A stretch of DNA of 64,000 nucleotides from Phoronis australis (taxonomy: Eukaryota; Animalia; Phoronida). The notes under the pieces were generated by a model. That model did no database searches and was not told the DNA's origin. It worked only from the letters and a program-made list of their open reading frames with translations. Made by a program: the position numbers and the translations under genes. Of the stretch, positions 1 to 11,092 are shown in pieces (position 1 is the stretch's first letter; the number at the start of each line of letters is the position of its first letter). Location of the stretch: NCBI GenBank assembly GCA_002633005.1, contig NMRA01000023.1, positions 1,112,194 through 1,176,193 of the forward strand, in the 5' to 3' direction.

Positions 1-53
1 ACCATTCAAAATGGCACTGAATGGGGCTTCAAAAATTTGTTTCTCTTTTACAG

Positions 54-107
54 TGTAAGGTGGAACAAGACTCCGTCAAAAGATGTGTATGGAAACTTTG
101 AGTTGTT
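54..107 (+). CDS. TTLL1: TTLL1 tubulin polyglutamylase, penultimate coding exon (gene begins upstream of the window)
   Basis: Acceptor ttttacag|54, donor 107|gtgagt; encodes VRWNKTPSKDVYGNFEL(L), which resembles the recalled human TTLL1 C-terminus [24 protein letters not shown]; phase 2 joins the next exon in frame. Confidence 0.85.
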
Positions 108-1332
108 GTGAGTATTACAAACCAGGCTTCCTCCTGTTATGTCCGTTGCAGGTTCATACTTGTTTATTTTGCCCCCCTCTGCATGGTAGCGGGGAGCACA
201 TACCTCTCAGGCTATGAGCTCATCCTAAGTAAGTTGGGTTAGCTTTACCACAGACAGCCACATTACAAGTACACAGTCCCTGATGTTGTGTTAACGTTTC
301 GGCTTTCCCTTTGATTTTGAGCTTTCGTAAGCTCTGAGTGGAATGTTCTTGGGCATTCAGTTATTTCAATCTGCATTTTTTACCATTTAATTTGCAAACG
401 AGGCATCAGTATCTTAATTGACCTGCTTGTATCCAGGCATGTGAAGTAAGTTCAGTCACTGTGAGGAGTAGAATGCCGTACATTATACAGTATGGAAAAT
501 GTTGTTGGTACTATTAATATCTTAAGAAAGAACAAGTTTAATTTTGGTCATGTTTTATATCAACTTGTCTTGTAAGTGTGTGGCATCTCCAGTTCAGTTT
601 GGCAAGGGTGACTACCACATCATACACTATTTAAGTTCACTCATGTGACAAGCAAAAATTCTTGTGAAAATTTTGGGAATTGTAAGGGAGCAATCATTTT
701 CAAAATATATGTTTCATGGAAATAAAGTGTCCAAATATATGCATCTTGTTGCAGAAAAATAGCACAAGAAATTATTATGCATGCGGCCTAAGGTGGTGGA
801 GAACAATTTAGTCACCCTATGACAAATGCCTCACCGATACACATCCTCTATCTTATCTCTTCAAACGATGTGGTTATTTGAAAAATCCATTTTGAAGTGT
901 TAATTGTTTAAACATTATACACAGGCCTGAGAATTTCTGGGACTCATGAATGTATCCAGAACAATCAGTCAATTAAAGTTTCCTTTCTTCTATTCACTTG
1001 ACTGTTTTTATAATATGCAATGCTGTGAAGGAAGGCTTAGTGATGCTGTCATAGTTCTTTGTCAAAACCAGCTACATCAACATGTACAATCATGTATAGG
1101 GTGATTTTAAGCTCTTTAATGTATGGCTGTCCACTCTAAACATTGGGACTAGTGTGGACACTCTATCAAAGGCTCTCTGTCATGAGAATGAAAAATCCTG
1201 CATTGTGTGACATCACAAAACTGAGGAGCAAACTATTGATCTTTCATTAAGTAAATAAATTAACAAACATTGACATTTCATTACTACATGTAGCTTTTTG
1301 TTGATGCTAATTTTCAAATTTTCCCTTTGCAG

Positions 1333-1453
1333 ATATGACGAGGAGTTGGCCCAGTCTGATATCCTGTCCCAAGACATGAAGTCAAAAATGGGTGTAGGTG
1401 CAATGCGACTTGGTAAAGATACCAAAGCACCTGCTAAAGCCACCTGGAAATAA
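1333..1453 (+). CDS. TTLL1: TTLL1 terminal coding exon
   Basis: Acceptor ccctttgcag|1333; encodes (L)YDEELAQSDILSQDMKSKMGVGAMRLGKDTKAPAKATWK* with TAA at 1451-1453; YDEELAQ and the terminal TWK match TTLL1. Confidence 0.87.
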
Positions 1454-1999
1454 ACCTTATTTTGATCAAAATACATGTGACTGTACTATTTTCAAATTAT
1501 ATGTAAATATCAAATTTGTTTATTAATTACTAAATTTTCTGGTATAAGTTTTTAACAATGAACTGTTTAAAAACATTTTTGTGTTTTTATGTATTTTTCT
1601 ATCATACAACTGTCCTGAAAACAGTTGAGTTGATTCACTGTTTAGACCCGGATATAATCTCCTGTCAACAATGGCTGAAAGTTGTCATTTTAAGGCTTGC
1701 TTTGGACCTGTTTATGGTGATAAGTAGGGGGTCTTGGTGCTCAGCAATTACTCATCAGTAACCATAGCAACTGACTGGGTAATGAGAGGGAACTAGCGGC
1801 TGGGTTTGGAGGACAAATTTGTTCTTATGATCCCCCAGGTATTATTGTCTAATTTAATGAATTTAGTACTGTTTTTACTGGAATTTTATTGAATATTCAA
1901 TGTTATGTTACTTTCATGTTGTTTTTGTTTGTAATATTTAAGCAGTCTAAATTTTTAAATTAGGTAAATGCTGAATATTGGCATCGGTGTGCAGTCAAA

Positions 2000-2005
2000 A
2001 ATAAA
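2000..2005 (+). terminator. Candidate polyadenylation signal of TTLL1
   Basis: AATAAA at the end of a U-rich stretch downstream of the TTLL1 stop codon. Confidence 0.4.
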
Positions 2006-4629
2006 GTTCTGAACTCTACTGTTTCTCTGCAGAATTCATTTTTTGCACCAATAACAGGACTCTGTTGTGGCAGCCACAGCGTACAGAGTTGTTAAAAGTC
2101 TTTCCAATGGTCTCCAGCTCTGGCAACCACATCTCCAGACCACTCAGTTTGTAACTAATAGCAGTCTATGGAGCGTTATTTTGTACTGCTGTTCACGAAC
2201 CATTGTGCGCACACTGTCTAAATTGCCTCGCTGGTATTTTGTTTTCTGTTGATGTCAATCAAAAAAATTATTGAGGGTTGCTCATATTCCTTTTCCATAT
2301 GGGGTGTATGATTTTATCAACCCAAATTTAAATTTATTATTTTATTGATCTCAATCTGGACCTCGTTGTGTCTCGTTTGAGTGACGAGCAGATAAAAACT
2401 CACTGCGTCATGAGGTGGGTCTTGTACTTTTTGGCATTAGGGCTTTCTCTGTTCAATGACTTTACCAGACTGTCGATTCTGAAACTCTGATTACATGGTG
2501 GCTTCTTTTATTAACTGTTGACACAAGTTTTTGTGTGGTATGACAACATGCAGACCAATTATCTACCACGTGATTGCACCCTCTTACCAATCACGGGCTA
2601 TTGGTAAATGCGTTAGGACAGAGTAGATTTTCTTAACAGTTGGGCTGTTTTGGTGATTCAAAAACAAAGTACGAACAGCATTTGATGACAAAGTCAGAAT
2701 TGTTATTGGTTTATGTTCAAACAGTATATAACTTATCTTTTATTTTTACAACACGGCCAAGTCAGACTACATGTAGATATGATCAGGCCTGGATCAGCGC
2801 AATTAACAAACAAAAGAGAGCTGGCCCTGGCCCTACAAAAGGCATAAATACCACAATGGACTAATAATCTTGTAAGACACCGGCTTTACTGATCAACCAG
2901 GCTGAACCTACATGTTCATTAGTTTTATTATCTGATCAAACAAGTTGGGGTCAACATGCCCAACAAAACCAGCTTCAGTACCAGGTTATAAACAACAGTT
3001 GAATTTACATAAAGTTAAAGATTTTCCTTGTTTCGACCTACAATTTAACATGAAAACCATGAAATGGAAGGTTCGACTTGAACCTTGTCAAATTTTTTTC
3101 TTGAAGCAGCTACGAACCGGAACTCCATCCAAAGAGCAAAATTTGTAACTAGACCACGTAGTGCAGAAAATGATATTTGGGGTTGCAAAGAAATGACAAT
3201 AATATGCTAATCCCTTCAGACCTTGCGTGGCAAGTCAACTTGTAGAGCCTGGTTTCAAACAATAACAAATTGCCAGCTCCATTGAAGCCGCGAAATCGCC
3301 TTCAGTTTGAATACGGAAATTTTTACGACCCATTCCATATGGTACGTGATCTAAGTCGAAGTTGGTTTTTAAAGATGGTTTTAAAAAACGCTGCTTTAAG
3401 TCTCTGTCAAGGAAGTAAGATATTGGAGTCTCTTTTAACACTAGATAGGCAATAAAATCAGACTTGTTGGACAGCAGACCCTAAGGTGTGGTCAAAGTGT
3501 CGGATAATAGGAACTCGATAAAACATTTTGCCTGTGGGTGCAGGTGGGTATTGTGGTGAAGGAAATTTCTGTTAAACACTGAGCAAAGTGCATTTTTGTA
3601 CGTAAAGAATGCAGCAATTTACAAATTAAATATCATATATTGAGTTTGGACACAAACTACGCAATATCAGAAATACAGGCAAAACAATACAACAATTAAA
3701 GCATGATAAAACAAATGCAGATAACACAAATGCAAACGGCTGCTTGCAAAACAAGAAATATAAGACAAGTTTTAGTCAAGTCAAAAATAAAAGCGCTAAC
3801 TTAAGCATACTTTGCACGCAACTAAAATCATTTTGTAAGTCATACACTTGTATTGTTACAAGAAATTAACCAGCGACTAGATTAGTGTCCTTAGGATGAC
3901 ACAGTGTGGACAACTTGGTGCAAATCTACTTCAATCTGTACTTTAAGTACTTCCAGTGCACGTACTATACAGTGTAGTCAAATCTTGTTACAACAGACAC
4001 TCTTTAGTGCATTAACAGTGATATCATGTACAAACTTCAAGTCCTGGACAGGTGTACATGTAACCCAGAATATATACATGTATGTCTACCCTGGTTACAA
4101 CGTCGTTTTAAACGTACAAATTTCAAATGTCCCGTGATGTATGTAGCAACCAGGTGGATATGTACAAAATTTGTTCAGATTGACAGCCACATTGAACTAA
4201 ATTCCCAACACAAAATTTTAAGAAATTTCACCTTCAAGCAAATGTGCATTCCATTTCTAACTCCCACCCATTTTAGTTTCTCGACCCTTGGCAAAAACAC
4301 AACAAATACTGCAATTTGCAGATTTCATTTTCAGGAAATGATGCAACCACATGACTTAAGTCCTATGCCTATGGTAAGAGTTCACTATACTAGCATATAC
4401 GAGAACTCTTGATACAATAACCCAACAATTAAATGGCAAACACATGTCATAGCCTTTTCGGTTTCCATGACAAGCACACGAGTGACTTTAAACTCAGAAC
4501 AATACAGGCGTGCAAGACTGGCAGATTCGACAAAACAGTTCTATTATCATGGAGACATTATGCACCTTACCATTTCCGTAACCATTTGAATATCCCATGG
4601 TGCAAATTGTGTGAAATCCAACAGCCTAA

Positions 4630-4905
4630 ATGTGAAGCATGCACGCCAATTTCTCATCGCTGTAATTGCTTGGTGAACATATAGTGATAATTGTGGATAT
4701 GGAGTAGGTTGAAAATTGCCACCTTTTTTTTCGCCGTAAATCACTCAACCATGTCCAGTAAGTATTGTGACATGCTGCTGGGGAATAACACTATATGATG
4801 AGGGCTATGTGAGCCCCCGAGGTACGTCATGAGAGCAAATGCCACCTATTTGCAGACATTTTTGTTTTTACACATTTTACAAGTTGCCAAAGAATACAAC
4901 TACTC
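4630..4905. repeat. Dispersed repeat, copy 1 (inverted relative to 26975-27290)
   Basis: tcactcaaccatgtccagtaagtattgtgacatgctgctgggg...gggctatgtgagcccccgaggtacgtcat...acaagttgccaaagaatacaact aligns by eye with the reverse complement of 26975-27290; boundaries approximate. Confidence 0.8.
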
Positions 4906-5332
4906 CATATAAATCATGACCACTTTAAGTATGATGCATGTATTACAATGGGTGCAAGTCGGTTGGCAGTTTTATTTCTGCTTGTTCAAAGTTGCTTAAA
5001 ATCTACTATTAAGTCAATCTCTGTTTCATATATTAAATCTCGCTCAAACAGTAAAGCTTGGCAACACTTTTGGCAAAAGCAATAAAGTGAAAATCTGTCA
5101 AAAAAGCACAGGCAAGAGGGCAAGGTTGCCAGTACAGTGGATATGCTGGAGATCGACGGAGGCAAAAACAACAAACAGCAAACAAACATTCAAACGAAAG
5201 TGAAATGCTTAAACACCAGTTTACAGTTAGGTAGTTATCCAAACATGCTTCAGAATTACCCTCAATAACCAGCGAGATGATGTTTAACCAATTGTTGATA
5301 GCGTAGTTGTAAGTGGGGATCAATAACACTAC

Positions 5333-6484
5333 TCAACGATGATTGAGATAATGAGCGACAAAGTTATATTTATCAGTAGCATGATGGCCACAGAGATTGC
5401 ATTTCAGGGGGTCCTCCATGTTATGCAGACTTCTATGCATCAGATACATGGCACATTCTGCAAAGTAGATACTGCAGTGTGCGCACTCAAACAGGCGATC
5501 GCTAGCCACATTAGTCGATACAATTGACTCTGGCACCACGGAACTAGATGGAAGATCTCCCAACTGACCCATTCTGGATGAACGACAGCCGTAACTTTTC
5601 TGATATTTACCCCTCAGCTTTCCCAGCAGAGAATGCACAGGAGAAACAGCTGGGTAATCCTCACTTTGCTGGCGATTGTCCCGCTCTTGTAAGAAATTGA
5701 TGGATAAGCTTCGTCGAGAGAAATCCGTGGAGTTTACATCAGGTGATACGAATGAAGAGCCCATGCTAATGGATGCTGCAGGCCGGGAATTCCTCAAAAC
5801 ATCAGGCGTCGCTCTCTGCATATCAACAGGTGGGGTTACCGAGCCCGATGACTGAATGTCACTCACAGAAACTCCGTCCGAATTGGCAATATCACCATTG
5901 ACCTCCTCTTCATCGCCCCCCTCTGGAGAAGAAGCCATGTCTGATTCTTGCTTCACAACCCCTGCACAGGACAAATCAACGCCACTAATCATACTGGCAG
6001 CTGACTGTAGAGGGATTGTTGAATCTGCAAGGGTCTGCATGTGTTGCACCTGTGAGTAATTAGTTCTCACATTTACAGAGCTTACAGCCACTGGTGCAAC
6101 AGGTCCATAACTTTTAGCCACTCTAGTTGAAGGCCGTCTCGCATGTTTCTTAAGAAAATGTTTGCGTAAATTACTTTGACACGTACTGGAAAATGGACAA
6201 AGCCCACATTTAAAGCCGTTTGTCACATCTTCTTGAGACAAGTGTCGAATCTTCTTATGTCGGTTCAGATCGCTGTTAGAAGCCGTCGAATAGGGACAAT
6301 GCGGGCATTTGTATATCCGGCCGGCATCACCAAGATGGCGCCGCATATGAGTGACCAGGTTGGTTTTGTAGCGGGTGGTAAATTTGCACATAGTACACTG
6401 AAAGTTCCGTGCAGAGTTCGGTGGCACACTTGCCGGAACCAGCAAATTTCCATCAGCCAACAACTGGTCAGTATTAGCAGCCAT
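5333..6484 (-). CDS. C2H2 zinc-finger protein, 383 aa, with three N-terminal fingers and an Ikaros/Hunchback/Pegasus-type C-terminal dimerization finger pair
   Basis: ATG at 6484 (ccaagATGG) with an in-frame TAA upstream and an acceptor at 6575-6576. Fingers: CTMC..HMRRH, CPHC..HKKIRH, CGLC..HFLKKH; C-terminus FECAHCSIYFAECAMYLMHRSLH..PLKCNLCGHHATDKYNFVAHYLNH. The ORF-track start at 6532 is a GTG and probably not used. Confidence 0.9.
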   Translation of the reverse strand: MAANTDQLLADGNLLVPASVPPNSARNFQCTMCKFTTRYKTNLVTHMRRHLGDAGRIYKCPHCPYSTASNSDLNRHKKIRHLSQEDVTNGFKCGLCPFSSTCQSNLRKHFLKKHARRPSTRVAKSYGPVAPVAVSSVNVRTNYSQVQHMQTLADSTIPLQSAASMISGVDLSCAGVVKQESDMASSPEGGDEEEVNGDIANSDGVSVSDIQSSGSVTPPVDMQRATPDVLRNSRPAASISMGSSFVSPDVNSTDFSRRSLSINFLQERDNRQQSEDYPAVSPVHSLLGKLRGKYQKSYGCRSSRMGQLGDLPSSSVVPESIVSTNVASDRLFECAHCSIYFAECAMYLMHRSLHNMEDPLKCNLCGHHATDKYNFVAHYLNHR

Positions 6485-8885
6485 CTTGGAAAGAAAGTTT
6501 ACTGTTACACTATACACTCGAGGAGTCTTCACGCTATACTCTGGTTATAACTCTCTTTTCCTACCAGGGATTGTCTGAAAACAAACAGAAAAAAATGTTT
6601 AGCTCCAAGTCCACGGTTACTTGTAAGTCTTATTGCTTCCATGCTACTGCAGGTTATAAGTGGTTCTAAGTTGACATATTTTTAGATTTTCTGCAACAAT
6701 TCTGCCTGTTGAACATATTGCCTTTAACAATCATCTAATGTAAATCTTCATTGGTTTTCATAAAAAGCTCGAATATTTCAAAGTTTTGTTGAAAATATGC
6801 CACCAAGATACTCTATTTTTGATATTAAATGAATATGCTACAGTCTGTCATTGCTGTCCATAGAGGATTTTGATTAATTAATTTTGATTATTCTTGCTGT
6901 CGACAGATTCAAAGGTTTTGAAGCTAATAGTCAGTGGAAACGACAAGGTCATTTTCAAAACGGTTGTTGCATAATATGTATTTGACAACCAACTGTTGAA
7001 TTGATCATCTATTTTCTGTTAGTCAGTAACATGTCCAGATGCCACAGAAGCAATTAAGTGAGGGAGAACATATGTAGTGGAACTGTAGAAGACTTAGAAA
7101 TTGCGTATTTGATGGCTCGTTAAGTTTGGTATTTTTTAGTGTAGTGCTAGTTATTATTTTAGTAATAGCATTGTATTTCCATAATTTCAATGAGTAGACA
7201 TGAGAGAAAATGGAACAAGGAGTAGCTTGACTCACACAACAATGCTGGTTTCAAGTCCTGGCAGTGAACACGTGGATTTTACACCAAATGACCAAATAAG
7301 GTAGCCAAAGCCCCTAATTAGGGCAAGCAAAAGAAAACACCAATTCCCCTACCAGTATAAGGAAAACAGTGTCATTAAGTAGATACTGACTTCTCATTTG
7401 CATACCATTTTATTTTTTGAAATCCAATGTCATTGAATGCTTCTGGAGTTATTTAATAAATCAAAAGTCAAAATCTACTATTGAGAATTTCCTTACGTTC
7501 GTGGTGAAATTGTCATCAATTTAAAAAGCCTCCAAAATGGCAAATGAAACACCTTTAAAAATTTCAAGGCAAATGTGTTGGTAAGTTCAAAAATTTGTAA
7601 TGGGAAATTTGTGGTCCATTTTTCTCTAAACCAAGATGACAATTTTTTTCCAAGCAGCTGACGGACATAAAATAAAAGCCACAGCATAAAATTTGCATTT
7701 TTTCATGTGAGAGAATAATGCAAATTATGCAACAGAGTTACCTTTCACCCAAAAGCAAACTTAGACACATGTTTTGAAATCTGAATGACTAATGTCTTTG
7801 AAAATGTCAGAACATTTTAGCTATTACTGTAGTAATGGTTCAGAAATTTTGCTAAGCATAGGCCAAAAGTGTGGGTCTGATTTTTTTTTCAAAATGTTCG
7901 ATCGATTTTACTACATAGTCCAGATATTTGTGCAATTCATTTCTGAGAATAGTGCTAGATAGAATTTGCTCCAGTGTTCTCCACAACCGAAAATCGAAAC
8001 AGACTTCAAACATGTGCTGTAAGTGCCAACCCCCTACTTATGACAAATTTCATTTAAGCACCTACTGCTCAGATTAGTGTCCACCTGTAATTTCCAGTGC
8101 TTTAAAAATGTCCGTGTTGTTGAAAGTGACACTGAAGTCAACCACAGTCTCTCATGCTTTCTTCAAAAGAAATACTATTTTCCCACATTTCTAAGAGCCA
8201 AATCGCAACCGAGCTCTCATCCGAAGCTGAGGTGGCAGGCACTCCACACATAACATTTTGAGGCTTATTTTTTCAGATATGGAACAGACTCAGTGTCAGG
8301 TTCACATGGCATTTTTCACAGACACAATTTTTCCAAACATAGCAAGTATTTAGGGACATGAAATGTTTCTAAAGTCTGAGTTACGTATAATTCACAACAG
8401 AAGCTGCGTCTAAAGGCATGTGATAATACTGGTCTGGTCGAATATTCTTGTTTAAAGGTAAAGGTCATGACATGTTGATAACTAATGGCAGGTCAGTCCT
8501 TGAATTTTGGCAGGTATTTTACAACTTATATGTCCAGTCCTATTTCAAATTGTGTAATACTCCACTGAAATGCACGTGTCGCTTAGAGAGGGCCAATTTA
8601 ACTTTCGTGTCGGCAACTAGCCTGACAGTTAGGGCGAATCCTTTGAACTTAACGTTTGTGGACTTCACCTTCAGACCAGGGTGACTGTTTAGCTCAGCAG
8701 TTAAGTGTCCAAGTAGGGTCAATGCTCACATCCCGAGTTCCAAGCTCACCAATTTAGACACCATCCAAGATGTTATTGCTGTTAATTCGTGTAAAACCAT
8801 TATCTAAAATGAGTGAAAAGGGTGTTGTAGATGTGCTTCCCATGAATAAAATGAGCCTCTGTTAGCCACTCGCTAACTGGCAACA

Positions 8886-8955
8886 GCCTATTAGCTGAAT
8901 GGTTAGCATGCTCGCCGGTTTTATGGGGGTCCCTGGTTCGATTCCCGGGTCAGGA
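8886..8955 (+). pseudogene. tRNA-derived SINE head or tRNA pseudogene
   Basis: A box TAGCTGAATGG and B box GGTTCGATTCC at tRNA-like spacing, but poor acceptor and anticodon stems; a more degenerate copy lies at about 8685-8750. Confidence 0.55.
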
Positions 8956-9449
8956 AACCTCGGCTATTACTACAGTCAATGGGTATTTTTGACAATTATT
9001 AAGATGGCGCATGATGTTCCAAAATAGAACTCCCTTTGACCCTCATTTATGTCGCTTGACCACCACGACTACGTTCACGATGGAAAATTAAAGTCATTGT
9101 GGCATTGTGGCTGCCTCTATAGCGAAGTTTGGTTGACTGATTTTCAAAATATCCTGACAGATTTTGACACCTCAGGACAAATGTCAAGAACCTAGAGAAA
9201 ATGGTAAAATTTCTGATGGTTAGAGAAATTAAAAAGTCATCAAGTCTCTAACAACAACACAGGCAGTCATGCCCATGCGGCATGCCTGGCCTGGGTTTGT
9301 GTCTTTGCCTTTGAGTTTGGCTTTGCTTTGTGGCCCAAGTTTTTAGGGGCCCAATTCCAAATCAGCACAAATTGGTAATGTACTTTGCCCAACTGAACAC
9401 TTTACCCAACATCGTGGCAGACTCTAAATATACTGTGAACCGTATCATT

Positions 9450-9536
9450 ACTTACTAGGCCTACGGGTGCAAATTAACACAGACGCACAGTGTTGAATAA
9501 AATCTTCATTTTTGCCGGAAGTTCAATTGCGGAAGT
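9450..9536 (-). promoter_or_regulatory. Putative promoter and first non-coding exon of the zinc-finger gene, with tandem ETS motifs
   Basis: Minus-strand donor GTAAGT (acttac 9450-9455); CCGGAAGT at 9515-9522 and GCGGAAGT at 9529-9536; YY1-like AAGATGGCG at 9001-9009; locally higher CpG content. Confidence 0.5.
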
Positions 9537-9615
9537 TGTTGGTCCTGTTGTTACATGCTTTCGACAACTACAGTACTTGACCCGGAGGACAGCCTGGGTT
9601 ATCGCACAGGCGTAG

Positions 9616-9930
9616 TATATTGGGGACGATCAGAAGCTGAGGGCGCCTGTGGGTTATCGGCGTTATCGGTATATTGCTCTTCATCTAGATGTTTTTAGAA
9701 TTTAATATTACTGTCTGTTCCGCCTTGTTCAAGCTGTTATAAAAACCCACCCTTTTAGAAAGATAGCTCAACTAAAAAGGACTGGATTGGAAGGGTTCTG
9801 TGATTATGATGGAAAAGTCGTCATTGACCATTGACATTCATTTGTTGACTAGTTAGCGTTTTTCCGTAAATTTTACATGCAGCAAGTTGTACCCACAGGC
9901 TTCCTCAGCTTCTGATCGTCCCCAATACAC
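9616..9930. mobile_element. MITE-like element of about 315 bp with about 38-bp terminal inverted repeats
   Basis: tattggggacgatcagaagctgagggcgcctgtgggt (9618-9654) is inverted to acccacaggcttcctcagcttctgatcgtccccaata (9891-9927). Confidence 0.7.
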
Positions 9931-9960
9931 CGTGTATTGGGGACGATCAGAAGCTGAGGA
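9902..9960. repeat. Perfect palindrome with 29-bp arms and a 1-nt spacer
   Basis: tcctcagcttctgatcgtccccaatacac-c-gtgtattggggacgatcagaagctgagga, extending imperfectly to 9893-9969. Confidence 0.95.
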
Positions 9961-10639
9961 CACCTGTGGTTGTACCTGAAAATTGGCCAAATAATCATAA
10001 TCATTTGGACTTCAAACTTTTTAACCCAACACACCTAAACGAAATAATTATACAACTCTTCTGTTAAGTTCTGTTGTCATTTCATGGGCGAATTCTGGCA
10101 GACCTTGACAGTCTCTACTGCAGTAAGCCTACTACTAGTACCGCCAGTAGAGGCAATGGAGCTTCAGCTCTATTGGTGCTTCATACGCCGGAACCTATTC
10201 GGCAAATTATAACTAAAACATCAAAGTCACGTTGTTATAAATACCTTTTGCGCATAAAGGGAAACCTTAAGAGGCCGTCGATGTATTCCTTCCGACTTGA
10301 ACAAATACACGTGTCCGTTATCAAACTTTTTCTTCGAGCATTCCCTCGTTCTCAAACTCGGATAGCTATAATAAAGCTATATCATTGGAACAATTCCAGT
10401 TTTGCAGCTTAAGGTCTATAAGATAAAAGCTTTTGGCACATTTGCGTGCACAACATCGTCCAAGGTGCTGTTTTTCAATAATTTATTTTACGTCACATAA
10501 TGAACATTTATCCACTTCACTTTACATTACTATGTTATGTCATGGGTGGATACTGACCACTGCATATGCTAATGTTCGGTTTAAAAGTTTTTCTGTGAAA
10601 CAATTACTTAAAGCGGTGGTAAGTCAGACAAAATTTGCT

Positions 10640-11092
10640 TCTTTGCACTATTATTCGGCCCATTTACATCATTAGATTTTGCACTTTCTATTATTTCCAT
10701 CTTCCATGACTAGATTTTACGTAAACTTGTAATCAATGTTATTCCAGTCTATACTATTTTTAATTTCCCACAAATTTCTCATCTGTACCATTATTCCTTA
10801 GTATTTGCTGTTTTGCATTATTCCCTTCTGTATCATTATTAGAATAAACCTAAATTTGTAATCAATATTCCAGTCTGTACTATGTTTAAATTTCCACAAA
10901 TTTGCCGTCTATACCATTATTCCATTCTATACTATTATTAATTTTTTATGAAAATGTTCGGTCTATACTTTTCTAATGGCAAAAATGTTGGGTCTATACT
11001 ATTATTAGATTCTCTACTATTATTAAAAATCATGAAATTCTCCAGTCTTTACTATTATTGCTGTCTCTACAACTATTCGGAACTCCAGAGTA
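10640..11092. repeat. Degenerate short-period repeats (ccagtctatactattatt), probably the subterminal region of a MITE
   Basis: Many variants of (t)ctatactattatt, a duplicated segment at about 10725-10800 and 10855-10925, and a TIR-like end ctattcggaactccagagta. Confidence 0.55.

Noticed and set aside
4026-4684. 128-aa and 83-aa ORFs
   Set aside because: No domain signature or splice support; they lie in probable 3' UTR or intergenic DNA.
6485-6532. Extra 16 N-terminal residues in the 399-aa ORF
   Set aside because: They start at a GTG; the ATG at 6484 has a good Kozak context and is the likely eukaryotic start.
6176-6550. Plus-strand ORFs overlapping the zinc-finger gene (also 5339 and 5856)
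   Set aside because: Antisense shadows of the real CDS with no recognisable motifs.
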